Below are positions 48,360 through 57,557 of a DNA stretch of 64,000 nucleotides, one piece after another. Under the pieces are notes generated by a model. The model was not told the DNA's origin. It searched no databases and saw only the letters and a program-made list of their open reading frames with translations. Origin of the DNA: an uncultured Chloroflexia bacterium (lineage in GTDB: Bacteria; Chloroflexota; Dehalococcoidia; SM23-28-2; RBG-16-64-32); the NCBI GenBank assembly GCA_963738925.1, contig CAVTYE010000002.1, forward strand, positions 526,157 through 590,156, written 5' to 3'. Every line of letters begins with the position of its first letter. Position 1 is the first letter of the stretch. The translations under genes and the position numbers were made by a program.

Positions 48360-48380
48360 GTCTTCAGTTGTAATGGGGAC

Positions 48381-48457
48381 TGGTGGAGCTGAGGGGGCTC
48401 GAACCCCTGACCTCCTCAATGCCATTGAGGCGCTCTCCCAAACTGAGCTACAGCCCC
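48381..48457 (-). tRNA. tRNA-Ala (anticodon GGC), with the CCA end encoded
   Basis: Cloverleaf read by hand: acceptor GGGGCTG/CAGCTCC with the G3:U70 Ala identity pair, D arm GCTC/GAGC, anticodon arm CCTCA-ATGGCAT-TGAGG, T arm AGGGG-TTCGAGC-CCCCT, discriminator A, then CCA. Confidence 0.9.
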
Positions 48458-48511
48458 ACGGGGGACAATCGTAACAGCGCGTCCCAAACTGGGCAAGAAC
48501 GCTCGTCTGCG

Positions 48512-48541
48512 TTGACACCGCGCGCACCGCCTCTGCATTAT
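48512..48541 (+). promoter_or_regulatory. Candidate sigma-70-type promoter for the CoA-transferase/TMEM175 pair
   Basis: TTGACA (48512-48517), an 18-nt spacer, then CATTAT (48536-48541), followed by a GGAG SD before ATG 48568. Confidence 0.4.
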
Positions 48542-48567
48542 GCGAAACGCTAGATAGGAGCCGCCGC

Positions 48568-49731
48568 ATGATGCCACTGGAAGGAATACGCGTACTGGAT
48601 CTCTCCGGTCTCGCCCCCGGGCCGTACTGCACGATGCTCCTCGGGGACCTGGGCGCGGACGTGATCCTGGTGGAGGCGACTCCCGGCGCGGGGCGGCGGA
48701 TGGGCGGCGGCGAGGCGGCGGAGCCGTTCAACCCGCTGCGCCGCAACAAGCGCTCCATTGGCCTCAACCTGAAGGAGCCCGCTGCCCAGCAGGCTTTCCT
48801 GCGGCTGGCCGAGAGGATGGACGTCATCGTCGAGGGTTACCGGCCCGGCGTGGTCAAGCGCCTCGGCGTCGATTACGAGACCGTCGCCGCACGCAACCCG
48901 CGCATCGTCTACTGCTCGCTCAGCGGCTACGGCCAGACCGGTCCGTACTCCAACCTCGTCGGCCACGACATCAACTACATCTCGCTCGGCGGGGCGCTGG
49001 GTGCCAACGGCTGGCCAGGCGAGCCTCCGGCCATCCCGCTGAACCTGATCGCCGACTTCGCCGGCGGCGGCCTGTACGCGGCCTTCGCGATCCTGGCCGG
49101 GATCATCGCGCGCGGCGTCACCGGCCGCGGCCAGTACGTCGACATGGCGATGAGCGACGGCGTCACCTCCCTGATGGCGATGGCGACGGGGCAGTTCTTC
49201 GGGGGCGGGCACTCGCCACAGCGCGGCGCGGACTTCCTTAACGGCGGCATCCCGGCCTACAACGTCTACGAGTGCGCCGACGGCGAGTGGCTGAGCATCG
49301 GCTCGCTGGAGCCGTGGTTCTGGTCGGAGACCTGCAAGGCGCTGGGCTGCGAGCAGTACATCCCGGACCAGCTGAACCGCCAGAAGTACCCCGAGATGTT
49401 CGAGTTTCTGCGCGCTAAGTTTAAGGAGAAGACCCGCGACGCTTGGTTCGAGGAGCTGCGCCAGCGCGACATCTGCGTTGGGCCCGTGCTATCGATGGCC
49501 GAGGTGTTCAATAACCCCCACGTCCTGGCCCGCGAGATGATGATCGAGGTGCCGCACCCAAGTCTGGGCAGCGTCAAGCAGGTCGGCATCGCGCCCAAGT
49601 TCTCCGAGACGCCGGGCGCCGTCCGCTCGACCGCCCCTGCCCGCGGCGAGCATACGGACGCCGTGCTCCTCGAAGGCGGGCTGAGCGAGGCCGAGGTGAA
49701 GGCGCTGCGCGAGGCCGGCGCGGCTGGCTAG
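48568..49731 (+). CDS. Family III CoA-transferase (alpha-methylacyl-CoA racemase-like)
   Basis: LEGIRVLDLSGLAPGPYCTMLLGDLGADVILVE and a GEHT motif near the C-terminus; 387 aa. Confidence 0.88.
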   Translation: MMPLEGIRVLDLSGLAPGPYCTMLLGDLGADVILVEATPGAGRRMGGGEAAEPFNPLRRNKRSIGLNLKEPAAQQAFLRLAERMDVIVEGYRPGVVKRLGVDYETVAARNPRIVYCSLSGYGQTGPYSNLVGHDINYISLGGALGANGWPGEPPAIPLNLIADFAGGGLYAAFAILAGIIARGVTGRGQYVDMAMSDGVTSLMAMATGQFFGGGHSPQRGADFLNGGIPAYNVYECADGEWLSIGSLEPWFWSETCKALGCEQYIPDQLNRQKYPEMFEFLRAKFKEKTRDAWFEELRQRDICVGPVLSMAEVFNNPHVLAREMMIEVPHPSLGSVKQVGIAPKFSETPGAVRSTAPARGEHTDAVLLEGGLSEAEVKALREAGAAG

Positions 49732-49733
49732 CG

Positions 49734-50375
49734 GTGGCAGACTCCGAGTCCCACTCTCATACGCAGCGGCTGGAGACGTTCAGCGACGGCGTATTCGCGA
49801 TCGCCATCACGCTGCTGATCATCGAGATCGGCGTGCCGGACGTGCGCGGCGGCGGCGATCTCAACCGAAAGCTGCTCGACCTCTGGCCGCAGTACCTGGC
49901 TTACGGGCTGAGCTTCTTCACGATCGGCGTCTACTGGGCCAATCACCACTCGTTCCTCAAGCTGTTCCACACCACCGAGCACATCTTCCTGATGCTCAAC
50001 GTCTTCTTCCTGATGACCATAGCCTTCTTGCCGTTCCCCACGGCCGTTGTCGGAGAGTACCTCAAGGACTCCGCTCATCGTGAGGCGGCGACGCACTTCT
50101 ATGCGATCGGCTTCATCCTGCCTGCGACGGCGTGGTTCACGCTCTGGATCTACGGCAGAATGCGCGGCCTCCTCGACCCCGACCTCGACCCGGACTACGT
50201 GAACCGCATGACGTGGCAGTACGCGTTGTCGCAGGTGCCGTACTGGGTGGCGGTGGCTCTCTCGTTCGTCAGCGCCTGGGCGGCGATGGCTCTCATCATC
50301 GGAGTCGCGCTGGTCTACAGCCTGCCGCCGCGGCGCGCAGTCTACCTTGCGACCCAGCCTCCAGCGCAAAACTAG
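49734..50375 (+). CDS. TMEM175-family (DUF1211) potassium channel-like protein
   Basis: RLETFSDGVFAIAITLL is the family signature helix. There are six predicted TM helices in 213 aa. Confidence 0.8.
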   Translation: MADSESHSHTQRLETFSDGVFAIAITLLIIEIGVPDVRGGGDLNRKLLDLWPQYLAYGLSFFTIGVYWANHHSFLKLFHTTEHIFLMLNVFFLMTIAFLPFPTAVVGEYLKDSAHREAATHFYAIGFILPATAWFTLWIYGRMRGLLDPDLDPDYVNRMTWQYALSQVPYWVAVALSFVSAWAAMALIIGVALVYSLPPRRAVYLATQPPAQN

Positions 50376-51586
50376 ACCTCCGTCGGCAAGATCTCCAGCT
50401 GCGCTGACATCCGGCCTCCCGTCAGGTGGGGCATCCAGGCGATCAGCAGCGGCAATCCTACAATCGCCACGATCGCGGCGCCGGCCAGGTACGCCGCCTC
50501 GTAGGAAACCTGCTCCGCAAGCAACCCCAGCAGGGGCGCGCTCGGGATCAGCACGAACGAGCGGATCAGGTTCGTGAGCGAGACGACGGTGGCACGCTGC
50601 TCGCTGGGTACGCGGCGGTTGAGGTAGGCAGTCACCGTCGGCTGGGAGAGGATCAGCGCGAAGTTGATCAGGGGGAAGGCGATCTGCGCGTAGACGGAGT
50701 CCCAGAGGCCCAGCACCAGGAAGCCGGCGAAGACCATCACCGGCATCATGTAGAACGTCCGCCGCTCGCCCAGGTCCCGCATCAGCCGGTGCGCCGCCAG
50801 CGCCGCCACGATCCCGACCAGCCGCATCGGAGTCTGCCAGACGCCGACGGAGCCGACCGCCACATTGTGCAGCTCCAGGAACGGCTGGAAGAAGAAGACG
50901 ACGGCGATGCTGCCGACCGTGATCAGCCCGAAGTACATGATCGCGTAACGCACGTCCGGCCGGGACCGCACCAGCCCGGCCGACTCGCGGATGATCCTCC
51001 CGTATGACGGTGTCATGCGCGTGCGGTCGACCACCGCCGGCTCACGAAAGGTCAGCGCGATCACGACCGCGACGGCAGAGATCGCGCCGCTGGCGATGAT
51101 CGGAGTCTGCAGGTTCGTGGCGCTGGCCAGCGGCGCCCCCAGGAGCGTGCCCACAACCTGCGCCGAAGTCGCCACCGCCCAGCCGCGGCCGTAGATCCGC
51201 GGGTACTCCTCTTCGCGGCCGAGCGCTTTCAGCGAATCGAAGATAAACGCCGACTCCGTCCCCCAGAGCATGGCGAAGCCGATTCCCCAGACGAGGTACG
51301 ACCCGAGGAGCAGCGGGAAGGTTGTCGCCAGGCCGAAGAAGACGATCGCCACGGAGAAGGCCGTCGCCGAGCCGATTAGCACCGGTTTGCGGCCAAAACG
51401 GTCGGCCAGGGCGGCGCCGGGGATCTGCAGGAGGATGATGCAGAGCCAGAACGGGATGTCGATGATCGTGACCTGGGCCAGGGTCAGGCCGCGCACCTTC
51501 GTCAGATAGATGATCCAGATGGGGAACCAGAGCTGGAGATTGAGGAAGAGGTGGAAGGCGTAGTATTTCCAGACGTTTGCCTGCAA
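50372..51586 (-). CDS. MFS transporter
   Basis: 404 aa with 12 predicted TM helices. An ALADRFGRKP-type loop lies between TM2 and TM3. Confidence 0.85.
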   Translation of the reverse strand: MQANVWKYYAFHLFLNLQLWFPIWIIYLTKVRGLTLAQVTIIDIPFWLCIILLQIPGAALADRFGRKPVLIGSATAFSVAIVFFGLATTFPLLLGSYLVWGIGFAMLWGTESAFIFDSLKALGREEEYPRIYGRGWAVATSAQVVGTLLGAPLASATNLQTPIIASGAISAVAVVIALTFREPAVVDRTRMTPSYGRIIRESAGLVRSRPDVRYAIMYFGLITVGSIAVVFFFQPFLELHNVAVGSVGVWQTPMRLVGIVAALAAHRLMRDLGERRTFYMMPVMVFAGFLVLGLWDSVYAQIAFPLINFALILSQPTVTAYLNRRVPSEQRATVVSLTNLIRSFVLIPSAPLLGLLAEQVSYEAAYLAGAAIVAIVGLPLLIAWMPHLTGGRMSAQLEILPTEV

Positions 51587-51644
51587 GGGATGCTCCAGCG
51601 CCGAAGTGAGGCCAGCTTAGCGCGTCAACGGTGGTGGATCGAGC

Positions 51645-52292
51645 CTAGAAGTGGAGCGAGAAGAAGAGGATGCCCGGGGCCAGGCCTCCGAAGGCCCCCG
51701 CCTTGGCGATGTTGGCCGCCGCGCCCATGAAGATCAGGAAGACGACGAACCCGGCCAGGTTCGCCAGCATCGACTCCCGAGTGTCCAGGCCGGACGACTG
51801 CTCGACCGCGATGTTGGTCAGCAGGAAGGTGATAGCCAGCGCGAACACGCCGAAGGGGACGGCCAGCGGCGCGATCGCCACGAGGACGCCCAGGGCCACG
51901 GGCGCGAAGGCGATGCCCATCGTCCGCACAAGCTCCTGGAAGCCAACGGTTGCTCCGAAGCCCCGCGTCGTCACCAGGTAGACGATGTAGACCCAGGCGA
52001 ACCAGATGACGAGCTGGATGATGCTGCCGGCCACCACCGTCTTCAGGAAGACCGGCGCCGGGTCCAGCCCCGCGTACTTCTGGTACTGCAGCGCCCAGCC
52101 CCAGGACCCGAGCCCGGCAAGCAGGCCCGCGCAGAGCACGACGATGATGGCGCTGGCCGTGGCCGTGCGCTCCGCGCGCACATCCTCGAAGACTGAGAAG
52201 TCCAAGCGCGCCAGCCGGACCAGCCAGTTGACCAAAGTTGCGTAGCCACCGGCGGCGTAGCGTGGCTGCGGCTGCTTGACACGTCTTTGCAT
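51645..52292 (-). CDS. Yip1-domain membrane protein
   Basis: Five predicted TM helices with a Yip1-like layout. I chose the start at ATG 52292 because a TATACAAT -10-like box sits inside the longer ORF-track N-terminus. Confidence 0.6.
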   Translation of the reverse strand: MQRRVKQPQPRYAAGGYATLVNWLVRLARLDFSVFEDVRAERTATASAIIVVLCAGLLAGLGSWGWALQYQKYAGLDPAPVFLKTVVAGSIIQLVIWFAWVYIVYLVTTRGFGATVGFQELVRTMGIAFAPVALGVLVAIAPLAVPFGVFALAITFLLTNIAVEQSSGLDTRESMLANLAGFVVFLIFMGAAANIAKAGAFGGLAPGILFFSLHF

Positions 52293-52307
52293 AGTAACTT
52301 CGCCGGA

Positions 52308-52337
52308 ATTGTATACGCGCACAGCCCCACGGGTCGA
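52308..52337 (-). promoter_or_regulatory. Candidate promoter giving a very short leader for the Yip1 gene
   Basis: On the minus strand: TCGACC (52337-52332), a 16-18 nt spacer, then TATACAAT (52315-52308). The ATG follows 15 nt after the box and there is no SD. Confidence 0.35.
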
Positions 52338-52358
52338 GCGCCGAGCCCGCGGCCTTGT

Positions 52359-53073
52359 TTACAGAGGCCGCTTGGACGGGATTCCGGTCCGCCTGGGGTA
52401 GCGCTCAGGCGTCGGGCCCGTCTTGCGCACAAGGATCAGCGTCTGCGGCGGCCCATCGCCCGGCAGCTCGAACGGTGCGGCCTCTTCCACGGCGCCGCCC
52501 AGCTCGGCCAGCGCGTGCTCGGACTGCCTGAGCTCGCGAGGTGCGGCGCTGCCCTTCGGTGCGGCCAGCACGCCGCCTTCCGCCAGGAACGGCAGCGTCA
52601 GTTCCAGCAACACCGGTAGCGGCGCAACGGTCCGGGCCAGCGCCAGCCGGTAGCGGCCGCGGTGCTCCGGCTCCCGGCCCAGCTCCTCGGCGCGGGCGTT
52701 GGGTACGGTCAGGCCGGTCAGGCCGAGCTCGCCGGCCATCATCTCCAGGAACCGCGCCTTCTTGCCGGTGGCCTCGACGAGCGTGATTTCGATCTGCGGC
52801 CGCGCGATCTTGATCGGCAGTCCCGGGAACCCGGCGCCGCTGCCAACGTCGATCGCGGGAGAGGCCAGCAGATTCCCGCTCCTCCAGGGCCTTAAGGAGG
52901 GCCAGCGACTCCACGAAATGCCGCCGGTAAACGCCCTCCCGGTCCCGCGTGGAGGTGAGGTTGGTGCGAAGGTTTTCTTCCAGTAAACGCGCTGCGTAAA
53001 GGTCGAAAGCAGCCAGCATTTCGGGGGTCAGCGGCATCCTTAACTCATTCAACACTGCGGTAAAGGAGTCCAT
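52359..53073 (-). pseudogene. rsmG: 16S rRNA (guanine527-N7)-methyltransferase RsmG, interrupted by a 1-nt frame break near 52870
   Basis: The N-terminal part (NLTSTRDREGVYRRHFVESLALL) is in ORF 52405..53073. The SAM-binding and C-terminal part (AIDVGSGAGFPGLPIKIARP...) is in the frame of ORF 52359..52742. Confidence 0.85.
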
Positions 53074-53198
53074 GGGTAACTACGCCAAACAGGGGTCGTC
53101 TAAGCCTATGACGGGGCGGCCATCCGCTCCCATGACTCGTCTTCTTCGCACGGTAACGCCGCCGATCGCAATGCGGCAAGCTGCTGGAGCACTATTAC

Positions 53199-54017
53199 AT
53201 GCCACTTGGCGTCCTTCGCTGGAAAATACCGGGCCCGGCCCTGGCCATCGCCCTTCTGCTGGCGGTGATGGTCACGACATCGACGGGACTGCTGAGCCCG
53301 AAGCACGCCGAGGCCCTCGACAGCGAAGAGCAGACCTTCCTCGCAACGATCAACTCCTATCGCGCCCAGAACGGCCTCGGCCCGCTTGCCGAGAACGCCA
53401 CCCTGGACGGCATCGCCGAGTGGATGTCCAACGACATGGCCACTAACAACTACTTCTCCCACGAGGATTCTAGCGGCCGCGATCCCTTCGCCCGCATGGA
53501 CGATATGGGCTACGGCTACAACACCTGGCGCGGCGAGAACCTGGTCGCCGGGACGGAGTCGTCTGCCGAGTCGTTCCGGATGTGGAAGGAGTCGCCGCCG
53601 CACAACGCCAACATGCTGGGAGAGCACTACACGGTGATCGGCATCGCCCGCGCCTACGACCCCTCCTCGACTTTTGGCTGGTACTGGGCCACCGAGTTCG
53701 GCGGCGAGGGCGGCCCAACTCCTCCGCCGCCGCCACCGGCGCCGACCGTTCAACCGGCCCCACAGCCGGCTGTCCAGACGTTCGTCGCGCAGACCGCGAG
53801 TCCGCCTCCGACGGAGGCTCCGACCGCAGCGCCGACTCCCTCTCCTGCACCGACACCTGCGCCCTACGAACCGGCGCACAGCGGGCTGCTGTTTGAAGGG
53901 GTGCCGCCGTTCGAGGTGGGCTACCGCACCAGCGGAACGTTCCTCGCCGGGCTGCTTGAGCTGGCCCCGGCCGTCGATCGCGCCAATTCGCGCGAGTCGG
54001 TCCGCGCCAGACCTTAG
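53199..54017 (+). CDS. Secreted CAP/SCP-domain protein with a Pro-rich C-terminal region
   Basis: It has a signal peptide, then NSYRAQNGLGPL...HEDS..R...GENL..G...WK.S..H..NML, which fits the CAP (SCP/PR-1-like) family. Confidence 0.8.
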   Translation: MPLGVLRWKIPGPALAIALLLAVMVTTSTGLLSPKHAEALDSEEQTFLATINSYRAQNGLGPLAENATLDGIAEWMSNDMATNNYFSHEDSSGRDPFARMDDMGYGYNTWRGENLVAGTESSAESFRMWKESPPHNANMLGEHYTVIGIARAYDPSSTFGWYWATEFGGEGGPTPPPPPPAPTVQPAPQPAVQTFVAQTASPPPTEAPTAAPTPSPAPTPAPYEPAHSGLLFEGVPPFEVGYRTSGTFLAGLLELAPAVDRANSRESVRARP

Positions 54018-54742
54018 CCGGGAGCGAGCACCGCGTCCTGCGCCCGCTCGGCGCGGACGATGATGCGGTGCGTGTAGTTGCCGCCGTTCTCCTCGGCCGG
54101 GTTCTTGATCCAGGTGCCGCCACAGGTGATCAGCGTCACCACGTCCTTCGTAGTCAGGCCCATCGCCTTGACCACGTTCGGGTCGTCGTAGTTGACGGCG
54201 ACGTTGCCGGTCACGCGGTAGGTCAGCGTCGATCCGTCGTCCAGGGTCACAGCGATCTCGTCGCCGATCTGCAGCTCGCGCAGCCGGTAGAAGGCCCCGG
54301 CGATCGGCTGACCGTCCGCGGTCTGCCAGTCCACGTGCCCGGAGAAGACGGCGTTGCTGCCGACCCCCGGCGTGGCCGAAAAGTCGTACCAGGCAGCCTC
54401 GTCACCCACACTGGGCACAGCCGGCGTCGTGGTACCGGGCTCAACGTTCAGCTCGATGACCGGCGCGTCGACTCCGATGCGGGAGATCACGATCCGCACC
54501 GGCCGGGGACCGCTGGGAGGCGTGGGCTCCGCGCCGGGTTGGCCGGCGACTGTGCCCGTGCCACCGGGGTTGCCATCTACGATATCCTGTATGGAGCCTT
54601 GATCGGGCAACTGGACAGAATCGCCCGTCAGGCCCGATACTACAGCGAAAAGACCTATGCCGATGAGCAGTAGCGAGATCCCGCTGATCGTAGCGCCAAG
54701 CAGCAGGCGCCGATCAGCCATCGCCCGGCGAACACGATCCAT
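54014..54742 (-). CDS. Sortase-family transpeptidase
   Basis: It has an N-terminal TM anchor, a catalytic His region (VFSGHVD), TLITCGG (the TLxTC Cys motif) and a downstream Arg. The start at ATG 54742 is uncertain. Confidence 0.75.
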   Translation of the reverse strand: MDRVRRAMADRRLLLGATISGISLLLIGIGLFAVVSGLTGDSVQLPDQGSIQDIVDGNPGGTGTVAGQPGAEPTPPSGPRPVRIVISRIGVDAPVIELNVEPGTTTPAVPSVGDEAAWYDFSATPGVGSNAVFSGHVDWQTADGQPIAGAFYRLRELQIGDEIAVTLDDGSTLTYRVTGNVAVNYDDPNVVKAMGLTTKDVVTLITCGGTWIKNPAEENGGNYTHRIIVRAERAQDAVLAPG

Positions 54743-54943
54743 ACTCCCAAGAATACCAAATCGGGGCCTCGGTGAACGCACCGTAAAAACGTCCGGTACA
54801 GGTTCCGCAAGCGTGCCGGCAGGCGCCAATCGAGGTAACTTTTCCACATCAGGCCGCGTTGTATTGAGTGACGGGGTAAATAGGGTAAGATACGAGGGCA
54901 ACCACCTGCCTCAGCCTGGGGGGCTTGATGGGAGGTTTGTCCC

Positions 54944-55540
54944 GTGAGCCCAAACGGCGATGCTCAGGAAGAGCGTCTGTTAGTCGATGCCGCGAAGGCG
55001 GGCGACCAGCGCGCGCTATCTGAGCTATATCAGACCTATTTCCCACGTGTATATCGATACATCCTTGCCCGCACGGGCAGCCCCCACGACGCCGAGGATC
55101 TCGCCGAAGAGGTCTTCATGCGCGTTCTGGAAGCCATCGAACGGTTCCAGCACCGCGAAGCGCCGTTTTCGGCCTGGCTGTTCAGAATCGCCCACAACGC
55201 GGTAATCAGCCAGCGCCGTAAGGAAACCGCCCGCGGCAAGTCCGGCCCTCTGCTGGAAGGGATCCCCGTGTCTACCACGGCTCCTGACGAGCTGGTGGAG
55301 CAGCGCTTGATCATCAACGAAGTGATGGAGGCGGCGCGCAAGCTCCCGGAGGCTCAGCGACAGGTGATAACTTTGCGCTTCAGCGCGGGGCTATCGGTCG
55401 CTGAAACCGCCCAGGCCATGGGCAAGGGTGAAGGAAACGTCAAAGTAATCCAGCACAAGGCGATAGCCAAACTGCGGGAGATGTTGGGCCAAACGGCAAG
55501 AAAGAGGACACCACGAGTTTATGAACGCGAGAAGGCTTGA
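54944..55540 (+). CDS. ECF-type RNA polymerase sigma-70 family factor
   Basis: Region 2 (YRYILARTGSPHDAEDLAEEVFMRV, WLFRIAHN) and the region 4 HTH (RQVITLRFSAGLSVAETAQAMGKGEGNVKVIQHKA) are both present. Confidence 0.88.
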   Translation: MSPNGDAQEERLLVDAAKAGDQRALSELYQTYFPRVYRYILARTGSPHDAEDLAEEVFMRVLEAIERFQHREAPFSAWLFRIAHNAVISQRRKETARGKSGPLLEGIPVSTTAPDELVEQRLIINEVMEAARKLPEAQRQVITLRFSAGLSVAETAQAMGKGEGNVKVIQHKAIAKLREMLGQTARKRTPRVYEREKA

Positions 55541-56420
55541 GGAGATATTCGAGGAGTGCGTAACCGCCTACCTTGAAGGACGACGCTCGATCGAGCAGAG
55601 TCTATCCCTCTACCCCGCGTATGCTGACGAACTCGGCCCCCTCCTTCGCACCGCCGTCCGCTACTCCGAAAGCTTCCAAAAGGTCACTCCGCCGGCCCGG
55701 GCGCAGGAGCGCGGACTGCAGCGCTTCCTGGCCGATGCACGGGCCCGCCGCAACGTCCGCTCGCTGACCCGCGGCACGGTCACAGCGCGCCGAAGCTGGT
55801 TCGCCGGCTTCTGGGGCCAGCACAACCTTGGGTTCGCCGGCGGCGCAGCCATGGTCGCCGTACTCGCCATCGCAGTTGGCTCCGCGGCCATCCTCTACGG
55901 CGGCAGCAACGGCAGCAACAGCGATCTCGTCTTCGGCTCGCCGACAGCGACCGCGCCCCGGCCGACGCCGGAAGCCGTCACCAATATCCAGGCCCAGATC
56001 AGCAAGCTGCGGGGCCAGGTCGAACGCGGTGAGCGCGTCACAGCCGAAAACATTAGCCTGCTCTCCGCCGCCACAAGCAGCCTGACCACCGCCGACCAGG
56101 ATGAAGTCCAGGGTTCGATCGACCAGGTACAACAGGTCCTCCAGGACGCCGACTCGCTGCTGGGCAACGTCGCCACACAGCAGCCGGATGTCGCCGACGA
56201 AGCAAAGCAGGCTCAGAACACGATCCGCGACGTCGCATCCGGGATTGGCGTGCCAATAGCCACAGCCACAGCGCCGGCCGCAAGCGCGACACCGACGCCG
56301 ACGGGCGAAGCCAGCCCGACCGTCGCGCCGACAGACTCACCGGTGCAGACGCCGCAGCCGACCGAGACGATCGACTCCGCAGCATCGACGCCGACGCCAG
56401 TTGAGCGTGGCCTGCCATAG
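55521..56420 (+). CDS. Putative anti-sigma factor (single-pass membrane protein)
   Basis: It overlaps the sigma gene by 20 nt. It has an N-terminal helical domain, one TM helix (GGAAMVAVLAIAVGSAAILYG), and an extracytoplasmic coiled / PT-rich region. Confidence 0.6.
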   Translation: MNARRLEEIFEECVTAYLEGRRSIEQSLSLYPAYADELGPLLRTAVRYSESFQKVTPPARAQERGLQRFLADARARRNVRSLTRGTVTARRSWFAGFWGQHNLGFAGGAAMVAVLAIAVGSAAILYGGSNGSNSDLVFGSPTATAPRPTPEAVTNIQAQISKLRGQVERGERVTAENISLLSAATSSLTTADQDEVQGSIDQVQQVLQDADSLLGNVATQQPDVADEAKQAQNTIRDVASGIGVPIATATAPAASATPTPTGEASPTVAPTDSPVQTPQPTETIDSAASTPTPVERGLP

Positions 56421-56478
56421 CGCCGCACATCGTCCCTTCGTTGACAGACTGCACTGGCCAGCCATAGAATCCGGCTTA

Positions 56479-57267
56479 GTGGCAGAAGTGACTCTTGCGG
56501 AAGCGTCCGGCAAGTTCCTGGACACGATTCGCGGGTCCGGGCGGCAGCCGTCTCTGGCGGAACTTAATCGCTTCGAGCGATGGTACGGCTCGGACCGCCT
56601 GATTACGCAAATCCGCGGCCACGATGTCGCCCTCTACGGCGAATCGATGGGGCCGGCCACACCGGAGACTCAGAAGCGCGCGGAAGTACTCCGCGCGTTT
56701 TTCGTTTACCTGAAGAAGGAAGGCGTCCTGGAGCAGAACCTGGCGCCGCACCTCCGCCTGCGCAAGAGCGGCAAGTCTTCCGGGGTGCAGCACGCGGCAC
56801 AGCCGTCCGAAGTCGAGCTCACCGCCGACGGCATCGACGCCCTCAAGGCTGAGCTCGAAACCTTGATGGGCGAACGCATCTCCGTGCGCGAGGACATCCG
56901 CAAGGCGATGCTGGACAAGGACTTCCGCGAAAACTCCCCGCTGGACGCAGCCAAGAACAAGCAGGGCCACATTGAGGCGCGCATCCGGGAGATCGAGGCG
57001 ATGCTCAAGCGCGCCGTCATCGTCGACACGGCAGCGCGGACGGGCAAGGTCCGCGTCGGCTGCACCGTGACGGTGAAGAACCTGGGCAGCGGCAAGGTCG
57101 TCGAATACGCCATCGTCGGCCCCACGGAAGCCAACGCCGCCGCCGGCAAGATCTCCACCGACTCGCCAGTTGGCAAGGCGCTGCTCAACGCCGTCCCGGG
57201 GGACGAGGTTGAGGTGGCAGCACCCGCGGGCGCGCTCAAACTGGTCGTCGAGTCGATCAAGAACTGA
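56479..57267 (+). CDS. GreA/GreB-family protein with an N-terminal integrase-SAM-like (core-binding-like) extension
   Basis: The C-terminal 155 aa is GreA-like (LKAELETL...coiled coil...VRVGCTVTVKNLGSGKVVEYAIVG...KISTDSPVGKALL). The N-terminal roughly 105 aa resembles phage-integrase N-terminal SAM-like domains. The start codon is uncertain (56401-56488). Confidence 0.7.
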   Translation: MAEVTLAEASGKFLDTIRGSGRQPSLAELNRFERWYGSDRLITQIRGHDVALYGESMGPATPETQKRAEVLRAFFVYLKKEGVLEQNLAPHLRLRKSGKSSGVQHAAQPSEVELTADGIDALKAELETLMGERISVREDIRKAMLDKDFRENSPLDAAKNKQGHIEARIREIEAMLKRAVIVDTAARTGKVRVGCTVTVKNLGSGKVVEYAIVGPTEANAAAGKISTDSPVGKALLNAVPGDEVEVAAPAGALKLVVESIKN

Positions 57268-57341
57268 CGGCGCAGCGCTCACGTCCGTACTTCTCCTGAT
57301 TATCTTGACTTATCACGTGACCTTGTCTTAACCTCGCCACA

Positions 57342-57557
57342 GTGGCATCTATTCCGGAACACGAGGCGCTCAACGAGCTCAAGGCCGAGATCGTGCGGCG
57401 CGGCTGGAAGTTCAAAGATTTGGCCCAGCAGCTGGGCGTCACCAGCCGGCACCTCAGCGACGTTCTGAACGGCCGGGCGCGCCTGACCCAGCGCCTCGGC
57501 AAGCAGATCCACGAGGTCACAAGCATCCCGCAGTCCCACATTCCCCTGGAGAGCACG
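57342..57557 (+). CDS. XRE/HigA-like helix-turn-helix segment, in frame with serA and with no stop codon
   Basis: GWKFKDLAQQLGVTSRHLSDVLNGRARLTQRLGKQIHEVT is an HTH_XRE-type pattern. It belongs to the continuous ORF 57342..59135. Confidence 0.4.
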
